Source: a virus (taxonomy: Duplodnaviria > Caudoviricetes). From it: DNA of 55,952 nt. Position 1 is the stretch's first letter; each line of letters begins with the position of its first letter. Where the stretch lies: the IMG/VR virus record IMGVR_UViG_3300042987_001910, positions 1-55,952 of that record; one strand, written 5' to 3'. Below are positions 26,966-34,415 of the stretch, piece after piece. The position numbers were made by a program, and so were the translations under genes. The notes under the pieces are model-generated. The model saw only the letters and a list, made by a program, of their open reading frames with translations. It was not told the origin of the DNA and ran no database searches.

Positions 26966-27642
26966 GCCAGCCCCTCAAACACCGAAGCTTTGTCCAGCCC
27001 CGGCTGCGCCTTTTTGGCACGGGGCTTGTCTGTGCCAGCCCGCTGCATCCAGCCGTTGAGAAACTTTCCCCACAACTTTCGCCCTGCCCGCGTCTTGTGC
27101 GGGTTGTTGATGACCCACGCCCTTGCCTTCGCCAACTCCTGCCGGACATCGATGTCCGGGTTGGCCTCCTCCCAAACCGGGATCATGGGTTCGGTGTCGG
27201 CCCAGTCCTGCGTGCCCCAGTCAAAGACGGGGCGCGCAAGAGGTTTTGTTTTTTCTTTTTGTGTATGTGATTGTGATTGTGTATGCACCTGCATCTCAGG
27301 TGCAGATGCATTTGCATCAATCTGCGACCACCGGCTTGCCGCTGCAGCCGCCCTTACATCCCTGATTTTCTTAGACTTCTCAAGCTCTGCGTCGATTCTT
27401 GGGTGCGCAAAACGGCTACTATCAATCGACACAAAAAAGCGACGAATGATCGACCAGTTTCTGTTCCATGAGCGAGCCGGACAGCGGCTGATATTTCGCA
27501 AAGCTTTCTCGTCCGCCGGCAAGCTGCCGGTCTGCCAATAGTGTGCGATCAATAGGAGGTACATCCCGTGCTGCTCCGCAGTAAGGTGCTGCGTGTCCGC
27601 GAGGTAATCCCCCCAGTAGATCGGCATCCAAGCCCGAGCCAT
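26962..27642 (-). CDS. Replication initiator, DUF1376/YdaU-like
   Basis: WMPIYWGDYLADTQHLTAEQHGMYLLLIAHYW...HPRIDAEL; GGAGG RBS. Confidence 0.85.
   Translation of the reverse strand: MARAWMPIYWGDYLADTQHLTAEQHGMYLLLIAHYWQTGSLPADEKALRNISRCPARSWNRNWSIIRRFFVSIDSSRFAHPRIDAELEKSKKIRDVRAAAAASRWSQIDANASAPEMQVHTQSQSHTQKEKTKPLARPVFDWGTQDWADTEPMIPVWEEANPDIDVRQELAKARAWVINNPHKTRAGRKLWGKFLNGWMQRAGTDKPRAKKAQPGLDKASVFEGLA
27243..27320. other. Putative replication origin inside the initiator gene
   Basis: Repeats ATGCACCTGCATC (27283) and ATGCATTTGCATC (27306), inverted TGCACCTG/CAGGTGCA, adjacent T-rich tract; same layout as lambda O. Confidence 0.55.
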
Positions 27643-27811
27643 CCCCCTGCCTCCAAAAAAACTTTCGCGCAGCCTACCTACGCGCCCGCCGCCGGTCAAT
27701 ACTTGACACGTTATGTGCCCGTGTTGACCGGTGTTGTTTAATGTTTGTCTTATGATTTTAAGCCGTTTGTCGCCGGGCACGGTAACTTCGCATATTTTTG
27801 CAAGTTGCCTG

Positions 27812-27841
27812 TTGACGCAGGTGAAAGTTGCCGGTTACGAT
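27812..27841 (+). promoter_or_regulatory. Sigma70-like rightward promoter TTGACG-N18-TACGAT overlapped by AAGTTGCC repeats
   Basis: In divergent intergenic region upstream of AAGGAGG RBS. Confidence 0.5.
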
Positions 27842-27867
27842 TAGACCACGTTCTCAAGGAGGGGGCC

Positions 27868-27996
27868 ATGACGGAGCAGGAAAAGAGGGCGGTCACCGAT
27901 GCGCTCATGCGCATCGTGATCGGGACGGCGACCGTGGCAGACGCGAGGCTCCTCGCCGCTGCGGTCAACATCGACTGGGAGGAGATTTCGCAATGA
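27868..27996 (+). CDS. 42-aa hypothetical protein
   Basis: AAGGAGG RBS; ATGA overlap with next gene. Confidence 0.6.
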   Translation: MTEQEKRAVTDALMRIVIGTATVADARLLAAAVNIDWEEISQ

Positions 27997-28745
27997 GCAA
28001 CCTTGCCCTGTGGGAGCAGGTGCAGACGCCGGACCCCGCGTACACGAAGAGCTTCACCCGCGGCGGCGGGTTCTCCGGCACCGCCATCAACGCGACGTGG
28101 CTGGTCAAGCGCGCGACCGAGGTGTGGGGACCGATGGGTCTCAACTGGGGCATCACCATCTGCGAGGAGAAGATCCTCGAAGGTGCGCCCTTCTCGCTCG
28201 GCGACGGGCAGATCGCCCACGAGAAGATCCACTGCATCCGCGTTGACCTTTGGTATCCGGCCGGCGAACAGCGCGGAGTGGTCACCCAGTTCGGGCAGAC
28301 CACCTTCGTTGGGCGGAACAAGCACGGCTGTTTCACCGACGAAGAAGCCCCCAAGAAATCACTGACCGACGCAATGACTAAGGCGCTCTCGCTCTTGGGC
28401 TTTGCCGCCGACGTTCACATGGGCAAGTTCGACGACAACAAGTACGTCAACAGCGCGCGTGAGAAATACGTCGCAGAGGAGACCGACAAGGTGCGTCAGG
28501 CGCGGGTGGCGGAACTCAGCGAGATGTTCAAGTCAGCGACAACGCTTGACGAGTTGGCAGCTGCGTGGGGATCGCTTACAGGGGAGGAGCAGAAATGGAT
28601 GGCGGGGCTGAAGGACGCGCGGAAGGCAACCCTCACCAGCGCACCGATGAATGGAGAAAGCAGCGAGAAGGCAAGCTCACAGCGTCCTCGTTCGGCGAGG
28701 CGCTCGGGCTCGTCGGAAGCTGGCAGCGTTGCTACCGCCGGCTGA
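27993..28745 (+). CDS. Single-strand annealing protein, Rad52/Sak-like
   Basis: TDP-like TPDPAYTK...TAIN...WGPMGLNWG...EEAPKKSLTDAMTKALSLLGFAADVHMG. Confidence 0.8.
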   Translation: MSNLALWEQVQTPDPAYTKSFTRGGGFSGTAINATWLVKRATEVWGPMGLNWGITICEEKILEGAPFSLGDGQIAHEKIHCIRVDLWYPAGEQRGVVTQFGQTTFVGRNKHGCFTDEEAPKKSLTDAMTKALSLLGFAADVHMGKFDDNKYVNSAREKYVAEETDKVRQARVAELSEMFKSATTLDELAAAWGSLTGEEQKWMAGLKDARKATLTSAPMNGESSEKASSQRPRSARRSGSSEAGSVATAG

Positions 28746-29227
28746 CGGGGCGCGAGGTGTTCGAGGGCAACGAAGCCACGCAGTACGGCACCGACCATGA
28801 GCCGGTGGCGTTGGAGGCGTACCGTGCGTGCACGCTCACCTCAATCGGACAGGTTGGGTTCGTGCCGCACCCGAGCATCGACTGGCTCGGCGGTTCACCC
28901 GATGCGCTGGCGACTGACCGGGTGGTCGAGATCAAGTGCCCGTTCTCGGGCAAGGTCTACGAAGTCGTGCCCGGTCACTACATGGCGCAGTGCCAAGGGT
29001 TGATGGAGGTTGTGCGCCTTCCGCGCTGCGACCTTGCGGTGTGGACGCCGGGGATGATGCGCGTGTTCACCATCGAGCGCAGCCCGGAGTACTGGGCATG
29101 GATGTATCCAAAGCTTGCGGAGTTCTGGGCGTACGTTCAGGCGGATGTTGAACCGCCCCGCGCCAAGAAAGACCAGTTCGACTTCTCCGCGCTTGTTACG
29201 GAGGTGAAGGACTATGGACTGGTTTGA
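28595..29227 (+). CDS. YqaJ/lambda-exonuclease family recombination nuclease
   Basis: QRTDEW...LTASS...YGTDHE...GGSPDA...EIKCP...YMAQCQ; GGAGGAG RBS before ATG 28595. Confidence 0.9.
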   Translation: MDGGAEGRAEGNPHQRTDEWRKQREGKLTASSFGEALGLVGSWQRCYRRLTGREVFEGNEATQYGTDHEPVALEAYRACTLTSIGQVGFVPHPSIDWLGGSPDALATDRVVEIKCPFSGKVYEVVPGHYMAQCQGLMEVVRLPRCDLAVWTPGMMRVFTIERSPEYWAWMYPKLAEFWAYVQADVEPPRAKKDQFDFSALVTEVKDYGLV

Positions 29228-29405
29228 AGAACAGAAGGCAATCGCCGCGCGGCAGATCGCTGCGATGACGAGCGACCATGCGCACAAAACCTACGAGCAC
29301 AGCCTTGAGGAGACGGTGCGTAGCCTAATGAGCAAGCTTGACGAGCGTGATCTAGAGATCGCTCGTCTCAGAGAGTTGATCACCAACCTGACGAAGGAGG
29401 ACTAG
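29214..29405 (+). CDS. Small coiled-coil hypothetical protein
   Basis: GGAGG RBS; packed in operon. Confidence 0.6.
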   Translation: MDWFEEQKAIAARQIAAMTSDHAHKTYEHSLEETVRSLMSKLDERDLEIARLRELITNLTKED

Positions 29406-29407
29406 CA

Positions 29408-29653
29408 GTGGATCAGTACGTTATGAAAGAGAACACCGGCAGCCTGTTCCGTGCCGAGAAGGAAAGCGACAAGCATCCCGACTACACGGGCCGGATCGAC
29501 GTGAACGGGACGCTCTTCTACTTGAGCGCGTGGCTGAACGAGAGCAAGACCGGGAAGAAGTACCTCGCCCTCCGGGTCTCCGAGGCGCGTGGCGACAAGC
29601 CGGCTGCGCCCGCTCCGCGTAAGCAGGAAGAGAAAGAAGACCTGCCCTTCTAA
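29408..29653 (+). CDS. Small ssDNA-binding protein (DUF736-like)
   Basis: GSLF...HPDYTG...LSAW...KYL and acidic EDLPF C-terminus. Confidence 0.75.
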   Translation: MDQYVMKENTGSLFRAEKESDKHPDYTGRIDVNGTLFYLSAWLNESKTGKKYLALRVSEARGDKPAAPAPRKQEEKEDLPF

Positions 29654-29680
29654 CGTAGTCCAATAGAGGCACGAAGCCCG

Positions 29681-29902
29681 ATGATCGCAATTGAGAAAGA
29701 CAAGCCGCTCCCGCCTATCTGGCGCAAGTACCCGTTTGCGGATATGCAAGCAGGGGACTCGTTCTGGGTTCCGCAAGGGGACAACGCGGCACGAACCTCA
29801 CACAACCTAGTCTCCGCCGCTAGCTCCCACGGGAGGCGCAAGAACAAACGCTTCTCGGTGCGCCGGGACGGGGACGGATTCCGGGTGTGGAGGATTGAGT
29901 GA
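29681..29902 (+). CDS. Small conserved putative DNA-binding protein
   Basis: IEKDKPLP...KYPFADMQAGDSFWV...GFRVWR. Confidence 0.7.
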   Translation: MIAIEKDKPLPPIWRKYPFADMQAGDSFWVPQGDNAARTSHNLVSAASSHGRRKNKRFSVRRDGDGFRVWRIE

Positions 29903-30414
29903 TGTGGTGGGCCATTGCCGACTTCCTCGTTGGGCCGGTCGGTAGATGGCTCGCCCTTCTCTCTGCGTTTGCCCTGACGGGAGCCGTCGGTTTTATTAAG
30001 GGCATCGAGTATCAGGAGGGCAAGAGGGCGCGTGCCGAGGTGCAGCTGCTCACGCAGCGCGTCGAGGTCATCAAGAAGGTCGCCGTAGGTCAGGAGAAGA
30101 TTTCACAAGCGTACGAGAAAGGCAGGGCTGAACGTGAAGCGGAATTCAACAAACTCCACGCCGAGTATGAACAGAACATTCGTTCTGTCCTCTCCTCTCT
30201 TCCTGATAGCTGCACTTGGAATGACGGCGTTATCGGGTTGCTCAACCGCGCGCGTCAAGCCGGACGACCTGCCGCCAATCCCAGCAAATCTAATGACGCC
30301 GTGCCCGCCCCTCGATCCGCTTACAGATGGGAAACCGGAGTCGGTGGCCCGTCAGATGCTGGCGGACGCGAGGGCGTACTTGGACTGCAAAGACAAGCAC
30401 AGGCTGTTGACTGA
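29899..30414 (+). CDS. Rz: Inner-membrane spanin
   Basis: N-terminal TM helix, coiled coil, single late Cys, overlapping lipoprotein gene. Confidence 0.75.
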   Translation: MMWWAIADFLVGPVGRWLALLSAFALTGAVGFIKGIEYQEGKRARAEVQLLTQRVEVIKKVAVGQEKISQAYEKGRAEREAEFNKLHAEYEQNIRSVLSSLPDSCTWNDGVIGLLNRARQAGRPAANPSKSNDAVPAPRSAYRWETGVGGPSDAGGREGVLGLQRQAQAVD

Positions 30415-30457
30415 AACCGTGAAGTTCCGCGAACAAATTCTGAACAAGGGAGAGTAA
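30167..30457 (+). CDS. Rz1: Outer-membrane spanin lipoprotein overlapping Rz
   Basis: Lipobox LSGC; Pro-rich PPIPANLMTPCPPL; second Cys YLDC; +1 frame. Confidence 0.8.
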   Translation: MNRTFVLSSPLFLIAALGMTALSGCSTARVKPDDLPPIPANLMTPCPPLDPLTDGKPESVARQMLADARAYLDCKDKHRLLTETVKFREQILNKGE

Positions 30458-30462
30458 CCAAA

Positions 30463-31131
30463 GTGAAGACGATTGTCGCCGTAACTGCAGTGCTTGCGCT
30501 TGGCGGGTGCGCCACCACCAACAAGGATTACCTAGCCATGCTCACCGCTCAACAAGCGGTGGCAACGCAGAACGCCGAGGCGGTGAGGGCCCGGTTCAAC
30601 GCGATGGCGCAGATCGCCCAGACCGGGGACGCCTCCTCTCGCACCGCCGCCGTGATGGCGATGGCAATGGTGCAGACCCCGCAAGTCAACCTGCCACCGC
30701 CACCCGAGAGCGAGGTGTTCAAGTGGGCGTCGGTTCTGGTCCCGGCGATCACCAACCTTGGCGCGAACTTCTTCACCTACCGGCTTGGGGCGATCAACTC
30801 CAACAACGCCGCCAGCACGACCACGGCGGCGTACAACACGTTTGGCTCTATTGCGACCGCCGGATTTAATTCAAACGCCACGATTGCCGGGTTCATCCAA
30901 GCGCCGCAGGCGAACGTGACCACGACGACGACAACGAACAACACGACAAACAACACGTCGAACCAGACCACGTCCAACGCGACGACGAACACGACGAACA
31001 CCACGAACAGCAACAACACGACGCGCACCTGCCAAGGCGGCAGCGGGGCTACTGGCGGGGCTGGCGGCAGCGGGACAACGACCGGAGGTTCGGGTGCTCC
31101 GGGCGGCACCGGTGGTGGAGCGAACTGCTAG
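30463..31131 (+). CDS. Lipoprotein with Thr/Asn-rich and Gly-rich C-terminal tail
   Basis: Signal peptide with LGGC lipobox; TTNN repeats; Cys pair bracketing the Gly tail. Confidence 0.75.
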   Translation: MKTIVAVTAVLALGGCATTNKDYLAMLTAQQAVATQNAEAVRARFNAMAQIAQTGDASSRTAAVMAMAMVQTPQVNLPPPPESEVFKWASVLVPAITNLGANFFTYRLGAINSNNAASTTTAAYNTFGSIATAGFNSNATIAGFIQAPQANVTTTTTTNNTTNNTSNQTTSNATTNTTNTTNSNNTTRTCQGGSGATGGAGGSGTTTGGSGAPGGTGGGANC

Positions 31132-31289
31132 TGAGGGATGTTTCCAAATGCAGCGGAGACGGGTGCGCGATTCGCGACTACTGCCAACGCTTCACGTCTC
31201 CAGCTGTCGAGTGGCAGGTGTGGTTTGCCCGCGCGCCGCATGATGGTAAGTCGTGCCTGTGGATTATCCCAACAAAGGTTGACAAATGA
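31131..31289 (+). CDS. 52-aa four-Cys protein MRDVSKCSGDGCAIRDYCQRF...
   Basis: Below ORF cutoff; coupled start/stop; paralog of next gene. Confidence 0.7.
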   Translation: MRDVSKCSGDGCAIRDYCQRFTSPAVEWQVWFARAPHDGKSCLWIIPTKVDK

Positions 31290-31477
31290 AGAACAAAATT
31301 TCTCCCCTATTCATGTGTCGTGGGTCTGGATGCCCGCTGACGCGCAGCTGCTTCCGCACCAATGCATGGCCTGACTCGCGTCAGCTGTGGCTTGAGACGC
31401 CGCCACACAGGAACGGGGAGTGCTCTTGGTTAATGAAGGAGGGGGTGGATGATCAACGTAACGCAGAGGCTGCGTGA
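31286..31477 (+). CDS. Four-Cys small protein, paralog of previous gene
   Basis: CRGSGCPLTRSCFR...QLW...PHRNGECSW. Confidence 0.7.
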   Translation: MKNKISPLFMCRGSGCPLTRSCFRTNAWPDSRQLWLETPPHRNGECSWLMKEGVDDQRNAEAA

Positions 31478-31610
31478 CCTCGTCGCTGACCCAGAGCTTG
31501 GGGTCAGCATGGGGTTCTTGCAGCAAGTCCTCGCCTACATCGAGGACCTCGAAGGGCGACTTCAACGATTGCCGGGAAACGATGATGACCCAGATGCTGA
31601 AAGAGAATAG
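31449..31610 (+). CDS. 53-aa hypothetical protein MINVTQRLRDL...
   Basis: AAGGAGG RBS; hand-translated. Confidence 0.55.
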   Translation: MINVTQRLRDLVADPELGVSMGFLQQVLAYIEDLEGRLQRLPGNDDDPDAERE

Positions 31611-31788
31611 GCACGTCTGCACCATTTGTCAGGCGCCGTACAGCGAAGAGGAAGGCGGGCTGGAGGGTGAGCTTGGGATTATCCCGGTTCAGTTTTGTCC
31701 GTTCTGTCTCGCCGGTTTGTTCGACATGGTCGAGCAAATGCACGAGGAGTCACAGGAGCCCGGCTGTGAAGTTCATCAGCCTGCGTGA
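31582..31788 (+). CDS. Small Zn-finger protein
   Basis: CTIC...FCPFC. Confidence 0.6.
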   Translation: MMTQMLKENRHVCTICQAPYSEEEGGLEGELGIIPVQFCPFCLAGLFDMVEQMHEESQEPGCEVHQPA

Positions 31789-32074
31789 CTTTGCACAAAC
31801 GGTTGGTATGTCTTACGACCGTGTACGTTTGTTGGCGCAGAAGGGGGAGATCCCAGCCATCAGGTTGGGGCGGACATGGAGGGTTGTCGACCCGACGGAA
31901 GTGGAGTACTTTCGCCAATGGCGAGAGGCCGGCGGGCAAGAGAGGGCGCTATGTCAATTGTCAAGAGAGGGAAGTACTGGCACATCGATGTCGTTCTCCC
32001 GAGCGGAGAGCGGCACCGGGAGTCCACCAAAACGCAGGACAAGAAGCTTGCTCAGGAGCTACACGATCGCGTAA
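31766..32074 (+). CDS. xis: Excisionase (HTH_17-like)
   Basis: SLRDFAQTVGMSYDRVRLLAQKGEIPAIRLGRTWRV; overlaps int start. Confidence 0.75.
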   Translation: MKFISLRDFAQTVGMSYDRVRLLAQKGEIPAIRLGRTWRVVDPTEVEYFRQWREAGGQERALCQLSREGSTGTSMSFSRAESGTGSPPKRRTRSLLRSYTIA

Positions 32075-33012
32075 AGGCGCGTCTCTGGGAGGAGAAGCGT
32101 TTGGGCGTGAAGCCAGAGTACAGATGGGAGGAGGCGGTAGAGCGGTATCTGGACGAGATCAAGGTCGACGGGCTTTCCGATGACACGATCCGTAACTACA
32201 GGACGCAGCTGGACTGGTGGGGCAAAGAGTACTTCGCAGGCAAGAACCTCAGCGAGATTCGCAAGGGCACGATCATGGAGGGGGTCTACAGGATTGCCAA
32301 GCAGCGTAAGCAATCCACCGCCAACCGCTACCTCGCGCCAATCCGGGCAATGCTTTACCGGGCGGCGCACAAGTGGGAGTGGCTGGACAAGGCACCCAAC
32401 AAGTTCGAGCAATTCGATGAGTCGCAGTTCGAGCGCGCGCGGGCGCTGGCACCGGACGAGATTAGCCGGCTGTCGGCAGAACTCCCCGTGCATCAGCGAG
32501 AGATGTTTCTGTTCTCGGTGGCGACCGGACTGCGGCAAGCGAACGTAAGAGGTCTGCGCTGGACGTGGGTGGACTTGGCTACCCGGCTGCTGCGCGTGCC
32601 CGCGAACGAATTCAAGAACCGGCGTGAGTTGGCTATACCGCTCACTGACTTTGCGATCTCAGTGTTGCGCCGACAAATCGGGAAGCACAACGCCTTTGTG
32701 TTCACCTACAACGGAGCGCCAGTCTCCGAGGTGAATACACGGGCGTGGCGCAAGGCGCTACAGCGCGCCGGGATTACGGACTACCGCAACCACGATAACC
32801 GCCACACATGGGCGCACAGCCTGCGCAAGGCGGGAGTCGATCTAGCGGACATCCAAGACCTTGGTGGTTGGCGCGACGGCAAGATGGTCAGGCGCTACGC
32901 CACGCCGGACATGGAGACGCTGGCACAGAAGGCAGCGAAGATCGAGACCGTGTTGACACAAACACGACACAGTCCCGAGTTGCGCGTCGTCGGAGGTGAC
33001 GCAACTGCTTGA
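31951..33012 (+). CDS. int: Tyrosine integrase
   Basis: TGLR, FKN, HDNRHT, LGGW, RRY catalytic motifs; N-terminal arm-binding domain; adjacent attP. Confidence 0.95.
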   Translation: MSIVKRGKYWHIDVVLPSGERHRESTKTQDKKLAQELHDRVKARLWEEKRLGVKPEYRWEEAVERYLDEIKVDGLSDDTIRNYRTQLDWWGKEYFAGKNLSEIRKGTIMEGVYRIAKQRKQSTANRYLAPIRAMLYRAAHKWEWLDKAPNKFEQFDESQFERARALAPDEISRLSAELPVHQREMFLFSVATGLRQANVRGLRWTWVDLATRLLRVPANEFKNRRELAIPLTDFAISVLRRQIGKHNAFVFTYNGAPVSEVNTRAWRKALQRAGITDYRNHDNRHTWAHSLRKAGVDLADIQDLGGWRDGKMVRRYATPDMETLAQKAAKIETVLTQTRHSPELRVVGGDATA

Positions 33013-33181
33013 TTAGTTTGGCTCCCCGAGGTGGGCTCGAACCACCGACCTGCGGATTAACAGTCACAGCCGCCGACGGGGATTTTGGAAGATGAATCAA
33101 TGACCTGCGCCCGCCGGTCATCGCTCGATACGACAGTTTGCAACGGCTTGCAACGCTAGTTACGGCACAGTTACGACACAG
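32954..33181. promoter_or_regulatory. attP accessory sites: arm-type repeats, IHF site, tandem TTGCAACG
   Basis: TGACACAA/ACGACACAG at 32954-32972; TTACGGCACAG-TTACGACACAG at 33160-33181; IHF consensus 33002-33014 (minus); TTGCAACG x2 at 33138-33155. Confidence 0.6.
33019..33065 (-). other. attP core: 3' 47 nt of tRNA-Asn(GTT)
   Basis: Minus strand GACTGTTAATCCGCAGGTCGGTGGTTCGAGCCCACCTCGGGGAGCCA (anticodon loop, T arm, CCA); no 5' half. Confidence 0.9.
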
Positions 33182-33189
33182 GGGGAAAG

Positions 33190-33498
33190 ATGAGCTACAA
33201 GGAAGTCGAGCTAAAGGTTTTGAGATGGGCGGAAGCCCGGAGGATTATCCCGAACGCGAAGCCGCACAGCCAGCTTCTGAAGGCGATGGCGGAGCTGGGG
33301 GAGTTGGCGGACGCCGAGAACAAGGGGGACGTGGACGCTATCAAGGACGGCGTCGGGGACGTGATGGTGTGCTTGATCAACTACTGCGCCCTGCACGACA
33401 TCGACCTAGTGCAATGCCTGTGGGGTGCCTACGAGGAGATCAAGGACAGGAAGGGGACGCTGCTGCCGAGCGGGGCCTTCGTGAAGGAGGCGGCATGA
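33190..33498 (+). CDS. MazG-like nucleotide pyrophosphohydrolase
   Basis: QLLKAMAELGELAD...DGVGDVMV...AYEEIKDRKG. Confidence 0.85.
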   Translation: MSYKEVELKVLRWAEARRIIPNAKPHSQLLKAMAELGELADAENKGDVDAIKDGVGDVMVCLINYCALHDIDLVQCLWGAYEEIKDRKGTLLPSGAFVKEAA

Positions 33499-33650
33499 CC
33501 ACCGCTGACGCAATGCAAGTCGCCCTAGATGCGCTTCTCACTTGCCGCCTTGAAGGGGATGGGTGGTCTGGACCGAGTCAGGTCTACGACGAAGCCAAGG
33601 TGCAGGAAGCGATCAAGGCGCTTCACAATTTTTTGGAGATGGGGGCATGA
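33495..33650 (+). CDS. Small hypothetical protein
   Basis: AAGGAGG RBS; ATGA overlap. Confidence 0.6.
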   Translation: MTTADAMQVALDALLTCRLEGDGWSGPSQVYDEAKVQEAIKALHNFLEMGA

Positions 33651-33835
33651 AGCACATCGAGCGCATCTCAGACGAGCAGCGCACCCGCGCCAGCAAGAGG
33701 TTCAAGACTCGCGGGAGTCAGCCCTACTGGGGTCCGCTGGAAATAGGACAACTACTGATTGATGGACACGCACTGATGCGCCGCATCCCGCTCAAGTTCA
33801 ACCCACCAATCTACGCAGAGTGGAGGCGCTGGTAA
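33647..33835 (+). CDS. Small hypothetical protein
   Basis: ATGA overlap. Confidence 0.55.
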   Translation: MKHIERISDEQRTRASKRFKTRGSQPYWGPLEIGQLLIDGHALMRRIPLKFNPPIYAEWRRW

Positions 33836-34033
33836 TCAGTGTAGCGTGATGTACTGGAACCCCCAGCCCATGCGCTGCAAGGCTTCGACGATGCTGGCAA
33901 CGTCATCCTCCTCCATGCCGTCGAAGTATTCCCACAGTTCCGGAAGCTCGGTGCTGCACGCGACCAAGAACAAGTGCTCGTCGGAGCCTAGCTCCGGCGG
34001 GTTGCCACAAATGCCATTGAAGACAAGATGCAT
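33836..34033 (-). CDS. Small acidic hypothetical protein, isolated on the minus strand
   Basis: GGAG RBS before ATG 34033; stop abuts neighbour's stop. Confidence 0.5.
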   Translation of the reverse strand: MHLVFNGICGNPPELGSDEHLFLVACSTELPELWEYFDGMEEDDVASIVEALQRMGWGFQYITLH

Positions 34034-34220
34034 ACACACTCCGCATGGACTGGACGTGATAAACAAGCGCCGTGGTGCTTGCAGATCAGAAGCGGCTTTG
34101 TTGGGCGGTGGGCTCCCATGCGGTGGGGCCGTACCTAGTCTGCTGCCCGCTCCATAAAGGGTGACCGGCGGGGCACCCTAATCTGCTAACCCCGCCATCC
34201 ACCAACAAAAGACGCTGCCA

Positions 34221-34415
34221 ATGTTCGACCCAACCAAACCGACAAAGACGAGACGCGGAGACGAGGTCACCATCATTTGCCACGCCGGGAGGATGCCGTT
34301 CCCGATCATCGGCTACATCGGAGACGACAACCACGTCGAGCAGTGGACGAAGCAAGGATGGCGCTACATCAACGGGCGCACCAACCGCTCCGACCTCGAC
34401 CTGCTTAACGTGTAG
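34221..34415 (+). CDS. Small conserved phage protein
   Basis: KPTKTRRGDEVTII...FPIIG...WTKQG...DLDL. Confidence 0.6.
   Translation: MFDPTKPTKTRRGDEVTIICHAGRMPFPIIGYIGDDNHVEQWTKQGWRYINGRTNRSDLDLLNV

Noticed and set aside
33019-33065. Functional tRNA-Asn gene
   Set aside because: Only the 3' half is present; no D arm or 5' acceptor strand
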